NCBI RefSeq assembly: GCF_032191835.1
Contig: NC_083237.1
Span: forward strand, 38,254,001-38,318,000
DNA length: 64,000 nucleotides
Origin: Heteronotia binoei
Taxonomy: Eukaryota
Direction: 5' to 3'
The notes under the pieces were generated by a model. That model saw only the letters and a program-made list of their open reading frames with translations. It was not told the origin of the DNA and made no database searches. Within the stretch, counting starts at the first letter, position 1; each line of letters opens with the position of its first letter. Shown here piece after piece: positions 1 through 12,410 of the stretch. The position numbers and the translations under genes are program-made.

Positions 1-1249
1 TCATCTAAAAACTGTGCCAAGAGATTTTTTTCTTAGAAGCCATGTTCTGGAAGATCCTTCAACCACAACTCCTGTTGCTGCCTTCTGCCATGAGGGCAAA
101 GCAAGTGCACTACGTATGCTGGGTATGTTAATGGAGATGCAAATGGAGAAGCCAACAGTCAACACTAGGCTAGCTGTCGTGTATTCACACTTCACGAAAG
201 ACTGTTCCTGTAAACCATTTAGGAGAACTCCAGATACAAAGAAGAAATCCAATAGAAAGATCGTTGCTGACAACTTAATCCTGTCACGCAGACCATCCCT
301 ATTGTGTTTGCTATGGTGTTGCAATAGATAGCAATTTGAATCTAAATTCCCCACCTGTGTCTTTGTTTTAGCAAGGGTTTACAATAGGTAAACCCATCAG
401 TGCCCACTAATCCTTTTCCCCAAACATCTTGGGATCCTGCCCCTCAATGATATCAGGAGTCACATGTCACTTTGTCACAGGTCACATGTACTAGTGTCAT
501 GGGTCACCTGATGCCATTGCCTGGGGTTATGAATTTGGCTATATCTAGACTGTTTTTTGGCCATTCAGATGTGTCTTTTTCAGTACCCCTAACTGCTGTC
601 TGAGTCATCCCCATAAATCTGATCAGTTTTGGGCCCATTATTGTGAGCTATGCTGGTCGTTGCTTGCTTCACCTTCCCTATATCATCATTGTTTCTGGAA
701 GCATTTTTTTTCTGAAGACTTGGAGAGGTAGTATAACCCTGTCTGCAATATTTCCTTTGCATTTCTTTACCAACCTTTTACCTCTATTTTACTTAGGAAC
801 TGTATGTTTAGTGTGTGATTTTATTCCCTATATGCTTGAACTATTTTATTAATAAAACATCCAGTTTTAGTCAACTACTTTCTTGTTATTGTGTTTGGGC
901 TCCTGAGAGACTGCATTCTATATACACTGGTTATTGACCCAGCTTAAATTAGCCATTTTATGCTCATCGAACTAATTTCCCCACCTCAATTGAGTTTACA
1001 GTTTCCAATGGTACAGTTTCCAATGGTAAATTCAGTGAGAAATGTTACTTGGCAGTTAATTGCATTAATCAAGATTTACCTCACAATGAGCATGCTCTGG
1101 GTTTCAGCCATGTAGTCCAATGAAATAAATTTTGTTGATTGCAGAGGAACTTAATCTCAGAAAAGTGTGCACTACAGGTTGAGTCATATGTGCTGGAAGG
1201 AATGGACTGTGAAGCACCACTTCAAGTTAATGCAGACTTTAGAATAGGG

Positions 1250-1299
1250 GTGGCCAAACTTGCTTAACATAAGAGCCACACAGAATAGACGTCAGATGT
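1250..1299. mobile_element. Probable hAT-type non-autonomous DNA transposon end, running into an assembly gap
   Basis: Starts aggggtggccaaac, the same terminal motif as the complete hAT MITE at 48678; the other end is not resolved because of Ns. Confidence 0.4.
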
Positions 1300-1469
1300 N
1301 NNNNNNNNNNNNNNNNNNNNNNNNNNNNNNNNNNNNNNNNNNNNNNNNNNNNNNNNNNNNNNNNNNNNNNNNNNNNNNNNNNNNNNNNNNNNNNNNNNNN
1401 NNNNNNNNNNNNNNNNNNNNNNNNNNNNNNNNNNNNNNNNNNNNNNNNNNNNNNNNNNNNNNNNNNNNN
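1300..1469. other. Assembly gap (N run)
   Basis: 170 consecutive N. Confidence 1.
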
Positions 1470-1537
1470 GGAGGGAGAGGTGGAATAAAAGCAACATTAA
1501 CTTTAACACTGGCTGGCTTGGCTTGGAGAAGTGATTT

Positions 1538-2216
1538 TGCAGTATTAATTAGGGGGAAAAAAAACAAAGCAAGATATCCAATTTTGATTTGAAAGCAAGT
1601 GTTTATCACTGACATCTGTGAGTTCAAAATTTATTTAACAATGGATCAATGAAGAACCACTAAAATAACTTAGCAGTGTTATTAGATTAAGGAGACACAA
1701 TTAGTTAATTGTTAAGTCTCATTAGTCACAAACTGTAACTCGAAGGGAGTGATATGTGACACGTAACAAACTGTATGTAGGGAGAACCTCAAGGTGCTTA
1801 AGAACATGTATTTATGAACTTAAAAGTAATATATCTTTGTGAAGAACCAGAGCACCCTTGGTTTCACATTTTATAAACATAATATATGCCCACAGATATT
1901 GTCTTTTGGGCTATTCAAAAAGAACCAGGCCATAATAACAACTCGTTAATGAGAAAGGAGGGTGAGTGGTAAAGAACAGACATAGTGGCATACCTTCTAC
2001 AGAGATTTTTCAGCTCTCACCTTGAATAGTGAAGTGAGCAAGGTAGAGCTGGCCATATTTTATAGAGAGGAATGATGTAATGAATCCATTCCCCCTCTAA
2101 CCCTTAGAGGACTGATGGTTTCAAAAATGCTTAGCCATCATGACCAGATATGTTTGAAAAGGAGGTTCAGACTCTCATTCAGTCTCCAAGGGACCAGGGG
2201 TCTTAATCTGAACATC
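1538..2216. repeat. Local duplication, copy 1: block A (about 1538-1969) followed by block B (about 1967-2216)
   Basis: Block A is the reverse complement of 5727-6177; block B is a direct repeat of 5478-5727. Confidence 0.85.
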
Positions 2217-2486
2217 TCTTAGTTATGAATCAGGAGTTCTGAGCTCAGATCTCAAGTCCGCCATGATCTTGTTGAGCAACCCAGTTTCTTTTAGCTTCAT
2301 CAATCTGTATCTGTAATCTGGCAATAATAACACTGATCTATTTTACTGTGTTTTGGCACTAATCACAAAGTAATCTACCAGAAATGCATGGAACACACAT
2401 CACTGAAGTTCACTGTAAATGATAAGTATTACCATTATTTGTTGATCTTTATAACCAAACTATTTCACATGTTACATCTTTAAGCC

Positions 2487-3419
2487 CTAATGAGAGAAAT
2501 ATACTTTGCCTGCTACTCTCTTAATGGCATTTTTCATTTCTGTGTTTCTTAAGGTATAGATGATTGGATTCAGCACAGGTGAAATAACTGTGTATATGAC
2601 AGAGACAAATTTAACTTCTGGAAAGTTTTGTAAAGGTCAATCATAAACAAAGGCAGATGAGATCAAATGAAAGCTCACCACTGTGATTTGGGCCATGCAA
2701 GTGGAAACAGCTTTGTGCTTTCCTTCAGAGAGATGATTTTTTATCTTGAGCAAGATAACTGTATATGAAATGAGCAATCCAGTAAAGACCCCTGTAATAA
2801 TCAGTCCACTGTTAGTAATAATAAACAGTTCAACAATGTAGGTGTCAGTGCAGGCTAACTGGACAACCTGTGGGATATCACAGTAGAAATTGTCAAGTAT
2901 GTTGAGACCACAGAATGGTAACTGTATTACCATTAATATCACAGTAATGGCATGAATGAAAGCAACCATCCAAGCTCCTACCACTACCTTCAAACACATG
3001 TTCTGATTCATGATAGTCATGTATTGCAAGGGTTTATGAATAGCCAGGTACCGATCAGCTGCCATAGCCACTAGGAAAAAAATTACAGTACCGCTAATGA
3101 AGTGGATGCAAAACATCTGAATAATGCAGCTATTGTAGGAGATGGTTTTTTGCGGGGATAGTAGAGTTTGCAACAACTTGGGTGCTGTGATTGAGGATTC
3201 AGAGACTTCCATCAAAGCCAAGTTAGCCAAAAGAAAGCACATAGGGGTGTGAAGGTGGTAGTCACAGATTACAGTGATGATTATAGTGAGATTTCCAAGC
3301 CAGGTAGCCAAATAGATGAGCATAAATATGACAAATAGGAAGCACTTGTCTTCTGGACTTTGGGACAAACCCATGAGGACAAATTCACTCACTCTACTGG
3401 TGTAATTCTCCTGCTCCAT
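2487..3419 (-). pseudogene. Olfactory receptor (class II, OR4D-like) with one in-frame TGA at 2637-2639
   Basis: The 260-aa ORF has LHTPMCFLL, MAADRYLAIHKPLQY, FCGLNILDNFYCD and KAVSTC. The same frame continues past the TGA as [40 protein letters not shown] to TAG at 2487, giving about 310 codons. Confidence 0.92.
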
Positions 3420-4879
3420 TCCACAATCTTAAGCAGTAGGAAGAAGAAGAGTAATAAACTCATAGTTAGTTAGTCAGTCATGTCATTGTTCAGTTATATA
3501 TCTAATATAGAGTGAAATTCTTGCAGCAATTTAAAAAAAATCAAACAACGTTAAACCCCTTTTAGATGTGCTGATTCCAATAGTAGAGTTAAGCACATAC
3601 CTTCATCTCTAATTCTGATTGGATATTGTTTCAGTTTCTCTAATAAAAATTTCAGGTATAGGCTGAATTCTATTATTTTCTTCTTCAAATACTTTTTTCG
3701 AGTGTAAAAAATATTCTCAATTGAGAGTGGGTTTTTTTTTTCCTAATGGAGGAAGTGTTGCTGTAGTGGAATAAAAGTATTTCTTTGTTGAAGGATTTGT
3801 TCTCTGTTGGAGGAAGATATAGCAGAAAGGAAATCACAGCATAACGCACAGTTGAACATTCAGTCATAGAGCTCAATTAAGTCAATCTTTTCACTCAGAT
3901 TTGCCCAGTTGTCTCCTTACTACAACAACCACTTCATGGAACTTTTGTCTGTGCAGGTTCTGTATTCAGTTTCTATATGGTCAAAGAGGATTCTTCTCCA
4001 TTTTCACAAGCAGAATCCAATCCATAATGTTCAGATTGGTTACCTTGTTCATAAGGTACAGACTCCTGTTAAAATGAGCAGAACTCACATTGCCTTATTA
4101 AAATTAACATCACAGTTAAAAGCCCTATTTTAATAGCTAAGTGCATGCTATGTTGTCTTTAAATCTTTGCAAGAGTTCCAATAAAGATAACATCCACAAA
4201 CTCCTTGCATGTTTGAATATTGCATTGAAACAGCACCTGATTTATTTCTTTTTCCTACTCCAATATTTCAGTTCTTTCAGTTGTTTCTATTTGCACATAA
4301 CTTTACCAGAGGTACGTCTTAATTTTTTTTGGCTGCAAACATAAGACAAAATACGCTAAACAAGATTATATATGAAGGCCACTGGATGCTTTTCTGATTT
4401 ATTTTTTCCCCTGGAAAGACAACATTGCTTTTGCCTGTGACAAAACCAACCATTTAAACAAATCAATCATATCTTAAGATGATCTGGAACTGTCAATATC
4501 TATTGGTTGTCTTATTGTTATGACAACTTTATTCCAGATATGACAGGGTTTTTTTACACATACATACACATCCATCCATCCAAAAGTTTTGTAAACCGTA
4601 CTATATAATGCTGGAACATCTTTAAAATCACAATGTATTTCATATAAATCAATATGAAATAAGTATTCTTCATTTAAAAATTGCAAGGACCAGACGAGTC
4701 TGTACTAGTATTCAAATTCCCAGAATGCAATCTGCATTGCTGAGATAGGTACAACATTGTAGTTTAGTGGATTAATGAAAGAACAGTGTTGTGTTATTTA
4801 TATATAATAAATAGCATTACTTACTAGAAAAGAAAATGTCTTCATGTACAAGAACAGTTAATTCCTATGTAGATAGATC

Positions 4880-5075
4880 TGTGTAGATAGATCTAGCCAT
4901 GTTGGTCTGAAGCAGTAGAACAAAGCAAGATCCAAGTCACCTTTAAGGCCAATAAAGTTTTATTCAGAATTTAGGCTTTCTGTTTAAGCTTTCTGATGAT
5001 GTATGCTTCTAGCACACAAAAACTTACATTCTGAATAAAACTTCATTGGTCTTAAAGGTGCAACTTGACTCCTAG
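4880..5075. mobile_element. Penelope-like element terminal fragments in inverted arrangement
   Basis: cacctttaaggccaataaagttttattcagaat and its reverse complement (attctgaataaaacttcattggtcttaaaggtg); same motif as the RT-bearing copy at 29425. Confidence 0.55.
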
Positions 5076-5477
5076 TTAATTCCTATGTCACAGAAATATT
5101 GTATATTGTGTTTTTCTCACAGTCTTCCAGTGAGTCACACCTTACTGATGTCTTAGTAAGTTTACCCAGGAAAAATGATCAATGCACTGGTAGGCAGGAA
5201 AGATGGAAAGAAACAAGGTTCAAGGTAGAGTATTTATTTAGCTTGTATAGATCCCTGTGCAATTCACTTTGTCAGGGGATCTATTATAAAATATACAGCC
5301 ACAGTTTCATTAAAATATATGCAAATTAATACTGACTAAAATTATAACATATACAAACGAGCACGTTATAAGTTGGCCTTATAGGATTTCCATAATTGTA
5401 TCCAAGTCTGCAATGTATAAATGTCTATAATCAACAAGAATTCAGAGGGTTATTTGTATCCATAGTTACAATTAAAA

Positions 5478-6177
5478 TGGTAAAGAACAGACATAGTGGC
5501 ATACCTTCTACAGAGATTTTTCAGCTCCCACCTTGAATAGTGAAGTGAGTAAGGTAGAGCTGGCCATATTTTATAGAGAGGAATGATGTAATGAATTCAT
5601 TCCTCCTCTAATCCTTAGAGGACTGATGGTTTCAAAAATGGTTACTCATCATGACTAGATATATATGAAAAGGAGGTTCAAACTCTCATTCAGTCTCCAA
5701 GGGACCAGGGGTCTTAATCTGAATATCCACTCACCCTCCTTTCTCATCAACAAGTTGTTATTATGGCCTGGTTCTTTTTGTATAGTTCAAAAGACAATAT
5801 CTGTGGACATATATTATTTTTATATTCTATAAAATGTGAAACCAAGGGTGCTCTGGTTCTTCACAAAGATATATTACTTTTAAGTTCATAAATACATGTT
5901 CTTAAGCACCTTGAGGTTCTCCGTACATACAGTTTGTTTCATGGGCACCTGATGTTACATATCACTCCTTTTGAGTTACAGTTTGTGACTAATAAGACTT
6001 AACAATTAACTAATTGTGTCTTCTTAATCTAAAAGCAGTGCTAAGTTATTTTAGTGGTTCTTCATTGATCCATTGTTAAATACATTTTGAACTCACAGAT
6101 ATCAGTGATAAACACTTGCTTTCAAATCAAATTTGGGTAACTTGCTTTGGTTTTTTTTCCTAATTAATACTACAGAT
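5478..6177. repeat. Local duplication, copy 2: block B direct (5478-5727), then block A inverted (5727-6177)
   Basis: Direct and reverse-complement matches to 1538-2216. Confidence 0.85.
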
Positions 6178-6857
6178 GTAATTTTCAGGTTTTTTAATTG
6201 TTCATAAGGAACACTCACATGAAACATTACTTAAAAGGCTCAACTCTGAGTGAACTGTACCATTTAATTTTACTACATCGATAAGAATCAATCCATAGTT
6301 CCATCCAATGAAAGAAAGGATTATCCATTAGCAGAAAAACTAGACTTGTCAGTCCCCCATTCCCAGCAGGAGATTCCCTGGTTTTGTAGGCTCTTCCTCA
6401 CTGCCAGCCAGCTGGCCAGCAGGGGAAAGCCCCACTCCAATAGTCACCATGTGCCTTTAAACCTCAGCAAACTTAGTAGACGCTTGCAACTTTTTGTGTT
6501 TTGGAATATGTGTGTTCCTTTAAATCTCAGCAGCAGGAAAGCAGAGGGTAGAGCAAGCACACAGAGCCACAAGTTTGTGAAGCTGTGAGAAAGGCAGACA
6601 GCAGAATCCCTCTGTTTTGCATTCACTTCAGAAGTTGTTTCTATAGTAGAACGGATAGGAAAGAGTTAACTAGAACTGGATTATGGGATGGGGGGGGAAC
6701 TCTGCCCCCTACGCTGCTTTCCTTTCCTGTCTGAAGAAACTGGTTGAAATACAGCACACTGTTACATTCAGCAATTCCTTTGAGTAAACTGCCCCAGTGA
6801 GATCACAAAAGTGTGGGCTTGAAAACTGTTTATTTTGCTGCTTTGTAAGTGCATGTG

Positions 6858-7509
6858 GTATAGTCAGATCCAGAAGAAAATACATTCCATAGATGTACCC
6901 TTGGACAACCTCTATATGCTAAGTGAAATGCAGGCATTCAGAATCATGAAACAGAGGATCTTAGATATTGAGAAACAGTCCCTTTGTTCTTCTGGACATA
7001 AAACTTGTTCCCCTTTAGCATTTGGCATCTTTCCAGATCATGGGCTGCCTGCTGCCTACCTTTCCCAGATTACTTCACCCCAGTTACGCCGCTCTTTTAT
7101 GTTAGCAAGATTCAATGTTCTACCCTCAACGGTATTGTCTGGGAGGTTTGCCAACATCCCTTATCAGGATAGAGTCTGCCCATGTAATGGAAGTCACCTT
7201 GAAATGGTCACCCATGTCTTACTTTATTGTGATTTTTATGGGGAAGTGCGGGACTGTATAATCAAACCTATTCTGTCTAATTTTTATGGATTACCTGAAG
7301 CGAAGTTAGTTTTTTTCCTTCTATCCGACCAACGTTCCCATATCACAAGCCTGGTTGCAAAGTACCTTTTGGCTGCCATAACAATCAGGGAGCAAAATAC
7401 TAGCTCCCCTTCTTGATGTTTGACTGGTTTTTATAGCTGAAACTCCATGTAAATTTGCTATGCTGTACTTTTTATTTCTATACCAATAAAGGTATTTGGA
7501 TTGAATTGG
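6858..7509 (+). mobile_element. 5'-truncated LINE, C-terminal Cys/His domain of ORF2 (RTE-X-like; clade tentative)
   Basis: ORF with RRSFMLARFNVLPS...RVCPCNGSHLEMVTHVLLYCDFY; 3' end ccaataaaggtatttggattgaattg; imperfect TSD aagtgcatgtg (6847-6857) / aagtgtatgtg (7510-7520). Confidence 0.75.
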
Positions 7510-8839
7510 AAGTGTATGTGTGTCCCTTAAAAAAGTCATGCTTGGAAATGTTTCCAAAGGCTGACAAAGGGACTTGTTGGGGTATGACAAATTTATTTTC
7601 ATTTAGTGGAAGTGAAGCTGCCAGGGTAGGCAAAAAAAGAAGATGAGGAAATGAAGACTGTATTCAGGGGAACTGCACTGCTGTATTTTTATTTATTTAT
7701 TTAGGGAATGGGAAAGTCTCCTGGTTCCACCCCCGAAGTCCCCAGGTATCTCCTGAGTCAGACCTGGAACCCCAAGAAAAACACAAGCAACAAAAAGACT
7801 CATTCCTTCAAAATAAGATTCCTTTCTTGGCAGAAAAGGGCCATTGGATCTATCCCATATCCCATAAGGTGTCCTCAACCTTTGTGAGCCTGCAGGCACA
7901 TTTGGAATTCTGACACAGGGTAGTGAGCACAACCACAAAATGGTTGCTATAGAAGGTGCAGTGAACTACAAATGGCTGCCACAAGAGGCAACAACTACCA
8001 CAGAATGTTAGAGAGTATTGATATTTGTGACTTTAATTGTAGCTCTTCAATACTTAAGGCAAAAGCTCTGTACTTTTTTTATTATACTATTTTTAAAAAA
8101 TACATATTCCTTGTCTTCAGTAATACAGTGCTGCAGTGGCCTCTGCTGTCAAAGCAACGCATTTAATTAAATGTGCTAGCAAATTGGATCTGCAGTGGCT
8201 AATCAGAAATTCTGTTGGGCAAAAGGACCTCCTGATACTTCCCATTTTCTGAAATCACAGGGTGGGCTCCAGAAGAATTCTGCTATATATTATCACCAAA
8301 TTAAAATGAATTTTAAAACTCTTGTAAACATGTTGATATGCCACCATAGCAGATGACCTACAACTGAGGTCAATTCAGCAAAGAATTCAAAACTTCTATC
8401 TCATTATTTATTATTATTTATCATTTTCAAGGGCCACTAAGAGGGCTAACAATTTAAAACATGCATGATAAAATCACATTTTAAAACCATAAAACCAGCC
8501 CCTTCCTAAACATGGGAAACAATTAAAGAACAAACTTTTTAGTATGTTACACACCTAAGCAAAGAAAAAAAAATCAAAACAAAACAGATAGTCAAAAAAA
8601 GTCTGTCAAAATAATGAATGGCACAATCCTAAACAAAGCTGTGCCTTTCACAGTAAAACTCTAATTTAGCTTTGCAGTGTTAAGTATTTTATCAATGTAT
8701 ATTTTAGCATAATTTTTCTTCTTATTTTCACTCTATCAGTAAAGATCTCTAAGGAGTTTACAGCATCTGTGGAACTAATTATTAACTGATTAAAGGCATC
8801 TCACATATTTTAAGAATTTACAGTCACTGTCTATTTTTT

Positions 8840-9817
8840 TCACTGCAACCTAGAGACAAAGGATTTTTCCCTAGTAAAGATTCTGCTTCTTGAAGAAACA
8901 ATTTTCCTTTTGAGTTTCTTAATAGCATTTTTCATTTCTGTATTTCTCAGTGTAAAGATCATTGGGTTCAGCATTGGGGTAATGAGAGTATACATTACTT
9001 GAAATATCTTATCTCCTGGGTATACCTTGAAAGGACGGTCATAAATGAATATTGCAGGAGCAAAATTTAAGCTTAATACCACAATATGTGCGGAACACGT
9101 GGAAAGAGCTTTGTGCTTTCCCTCTGTGACATGGGTTCTAATCTTCACTAAAATGACAGAGTATGATACAAGTAAGATGAGGAACATAGCTGCAACAATT
9201 AATCCACTATTAGAAACCATCAGCAATTCAGTAATGTATGTGTCTGTACAAGCCAGTTTGACAACTTGGGGGATGTCACAGTAAAAATTGTCCAAGATGT
9301 TTGGTCCACAGAAGGGCAGCTGAATGAGGATCCCAATCTGGACAATGGAGTGAACAAAGCCACCCAGCCAAGCACCTGCTACCAAACTTATACAAACCCA
9401 TTGGTTCATGATAGTTAAGTACTGCAGTGGTTTGTAGATAGCTATGTATCGATCCACAGCCATGACTGTGAGCAAGAAATCCACAGAAGCACCAGTAAAG
9501 TGGAAAAAGAAAATTTGAGCAATGCACCAGTTGTAGGAAATGATATTGGGATGTGAAAGGAGACCTGCTAGCAGCTTTAGAGCAGTGACAGTGGAATCAC
9601 TGATATCTAAGGCAGCCAGGTTGGCCAATAGAAAGTACATAGGTGAGTGGAGCTGATGCATGAAGATGACTGCAAAGATAATAGTGAGGTTTCCAAGCCA
9701 GGTTGTTATGTAGATAGTGATGAAAATCAGGAAGAGGATGAAATTCCATTTTGGATTCTCTGAAAGACCTATGAGAACAAATTCTGTGACTTTTGTGGTC
9801 AGGTTTTCCTGAGCCAT
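8840..9817 (-). CDS. Olfactory receptor, class II, OR4D-like, apparently intact (325 aa)
   Basis: GN, LHSPMYFLL, MAVDRYIAIYKPLQY, LPFCGPNILDNFYCD, KALSTCSAH and PMLNPMIFTLRN motifs; N-terminal NLT sequon. Confidence 0.97.
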   Translation of the reverse strand: MAQENLTTKVTEFVLIGLSENPKWNFILFLIFITIYITTWLGNLTIIFAVIFMHQLHSPMYFLLANLAALDISDSTVTALKLLAGLLSHPNIISYNWCIAQIFFFHFTGASVDFLLTVMAVDRYIAIYKPLQYLTIMNQWVCISLVAGAWLGGFVHSIVQIGILIQLPFCGPNILDNFYCDIPQVVKLACTDTYITELLMVSNSGLIVAAMFLILLVSYSVILVKIRTHVTEGKHKALSTCSAHIVVLSLNFAPAIFIYDRPFKVYPGDKIFQVMYTLITPMLNPMIFTLRNTEMKNAIKKLKRKIVSSRSRIFTREKSFVSRLQ

Positions 9818-9884
9818 CTTGAACCTTCACAACGTACCTGCAATAAGCAGAAGACAAGAATAACATATGAGATACAACCAAATA

Positions 9885-10012
9885 GGCAGCCGTGTTGGTC
9901 TGAAGTAGTAGAACAAAATAGGAGTCGATTGCACCTTTAAGACCAACTTAGTTTTATTCAGAACATAAGCTTTCGTGTGCATGCACACTTCTTCAGACGA
10001 GGAATGAGGTAC
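9885..10012. mobile_element. Penelope-like terminal fragment
   Basis: gtgttggtctgaagtag...cacctttaagaccaac...ttttattcagaacataagctttcgtgtgc...cacttcttcagac, matching the copy at 29425. Confidence 0.6.
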
Positions 10013-10628
10013 AGTAAGCAGAGCCACATATAGCTGGTGGGTTTTGGAATGCCAAGTGGTACAAAGTTAAAAATCAATAGCAGAATAGTAAAATTAACAA
10101 ATTCAGAAAACCTTTGATCTGGTTTGCATTAACGTGGGAAACCACGTTACATGTCAGAATGCGAGACTGCATGTTAATTATTCTATTGCTAATAAACCTG
10201 GGTCAAAAAGAAGGCATTTCTTTCCCAGAAGTTTTTCCTGTCCAACTAATTTACCTTTTAACATGCAACATAAAAATATACATCATTCTAGTTTGCCATT
10301 ATGAAAAAATACATTAAAATATAGTGGAAGATGTGTTTAGTATATGTAATGAGATAAACAGCCAATGTCCCTTGTTTGTCAATACAAAAAGTATTATTCT
10401 GATACACTATCCTAAAAGAGAAATACATTGGAATACTGTGGATATATCGCCATACTTGGTGAAATAGAGTTTAGCATATGTAATGAGATTAAAAAACAAC
10501 AACAACAACATTGTTCAGTCCTGGGAAGGTGTTTGTTCCAAGTTTCATAACAGTTTGTAACTCAGCAATTCCCCTCTCCATTCTGTTCTTGAAGTTCTAA
10601 AGGGGGTTTAGCATTTGTAATGAGATTA

Positions 10629-10831
10629 TAGCTGGTCTTGAGGACAAAAGGAGATTGAGGAAGAATCGCACTGCTACAGCACCAACCCTAAATCAGACTT
10701 TTCCCTGCAGCCACTGTGGCCGGACCTGCCTGTCCCGCATTGGTCTTGTCAGCCACCAGCGAGCCTGCAGCAGACGTGGACTATTGCACCCTTCTTAAAT
10801 CTTCGTTCGCGAAGCCAAGCCGAGAGAGAGA
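10629..10831 (+). mobile_element. RTE-clade LINE 3' end
   Basis: Encodes FSCSHCGRTCLSRIGLVSHQRAC (C2H2-like finger) followed by a (GA)n tail; TSD gagatta at 10622-10628 and 10832-10838. Confidence 0.75.
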
Positions 10832-11306
10832 GAGATTAAAAACCAATACCCCTGTTCAGTCCTGGGGAGGTGTTTGTTCCAAGTTTCATAATAATTTGTA
10901 ATTCAGCAATTTCTCTCTTCATTCTGTTCTTGAAGTTCCTTTGCAGTAAAACAGCTACTTTGAGGTCACCCATTGAATGCTTTGGAAGGTTACAAAGATA
11001 CAAGTCTGAGATGCCATAATACCTCCTAATATGTAAGGTGATGCATACTGGGACAAAAAAAATCCAACTTCAAGTATGTTGGTGAGAGGGGAAAACATCT
11101 TGTACAATCTTTATTTGCCTATATTAGATTTGTCCCCTTTGATGTGTTGCGTGTGCATTCTATGATACTGATTGTCACCTGAAACAGCTATGAAGTAGCA
11201 AAGTCCAAGTTGATAAACATTTGAAATATAAATCTATTAGAATATGATATAGTCCCAAACTCTTTGAGAAGTACAATTGATGTAAATATGAAGCTCAGTT
11301 CAGGGT

Positions 11307-11505
11307 GGGGACAGTGGCTCAGTGGTAGAGCATCTGCTTGGCATGAAGAAGGTCCCAGGTTCAATCCCCAGAATCTCAGTTAAAAATGACTAGGCAGAAG
11401 GTGATGTGAAAGACCTTGGAGAGCTGCTGCCAGTCTGAGTAGACAATATTGACTTTGGTGGACTGAAGGTCCGATTTGGGGCAAGGCAGCTTCATGTATT
11501 CACTT
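11307..11505 (+). mobile_element. tRNA-derived SINE
   Basis: A box (tggctcagtgg) and B box (ggttcaatccc) followed by a non-tRNA body. Related minus-strand copies lie near 22860-22980, 36070-36195 and 45005-45120. Confidence 0.8.
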
Positions 11506-12105
11506 CTGTGGAAAATCAATGTTCTTAATAAATGAGGTTACTCCAGCCACCTTTTGTTGTTGTTGTTTGATCGATTGACTGGTTTTGCTCAATCTCACCT
11601 AACTCTCCTCCTTACTAAAACCCCCATGCTACATAGCATTTCTCTATGCAGGTCCCATGATCCCCAAAATACCCTTTCTAGTTATCAAATGGGCCCCCTT
11701 CCTCATTTTTACAAGCATAAAAGTTGATTGGATCTAACCCAATATATTTTGCAACCAATTCCAAGTTATTTTACCCCTGAATAAAATAAGGCAACATACC
11801 AAGTAATAAATCCTAGAACATCTGTGTTGTGTCCATTTCAATGAGCACTCCCACAATTCTTGATCCAAGTTCTTGATTTTCAACCAAGAATTCCATATTT
11901 CTTCCAGAAAAGGAACTGATCTCTGATTCTTTCCCAATGACATAGGTATACAGTTGAAAAATTATTTCAAAGATTAGTTAGTTTATATTTCTCTCAGAAA
12001 GAAAGAGACAAACTCAACTATTGCCTGTTCCAGTTCATGTCATATGATACTTAAAGCAGGAATCTACCTTTCTAACCAATAATATTTTCTGAGACTGTTT
12101 TGTGT

Positions 12106-12410
12106 AGGAAAGGAAAGGTTCCCGGTGCAAGCACCAGTTGTTTCAGACTCTGGGGTGACGTTGCTTTCACAACGTTTTCACGGCAGACTTTTTATGGGGT
12201 GGTTTGCCATTGCCTTCCCCAGTCTTTCACACTTTCCCCCCAGCAAGCTGTGTACTCATTTTACCGACCTCGGAAGGATGGAAGGCTGAGTCAACCTTGG
12301 GCCGGCTACCTGAATCCAGCTTCCGCCAGAATCAAACTCAGGTCGTAAGCAGAGAGTCCAGACCCACAGTACTGCAGTACTGCTGCTTTACCACTCTGCA
12401 CCACAGGGCC
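12106..12410 (-). mobile_element. Sauria SINE
   Basis: On the minus strand: tRNA-like head (gccctgtggtgcagagtggtaaagc), core actcagccttccatccttccgaggtcggtaaaatgagtac, and a BovB-like 3' end with a (cctt)n tail. Confidence 0.85.

Noticed and set aside
1-354. Overlapping 117-aa (minus) and 105-aa (plus) ORFs at the window start, the former with a hydrophobic stretch
   Set aside because: No recognisable family motif, no convincing splice sites, and cut by the window edge; not an OR fragment as far as I can see.
360-955. LTR-like segment with AATAAA near 852 followed by a GT-rich tract
   Set aside because: Could not find matching TG...CA ends with a TSD.
11307-11380. tRNA-like sequence
   Set aside because: Has A and B boxes but no complete cloverleaf or acceptor stem, and continues into a SINE body.
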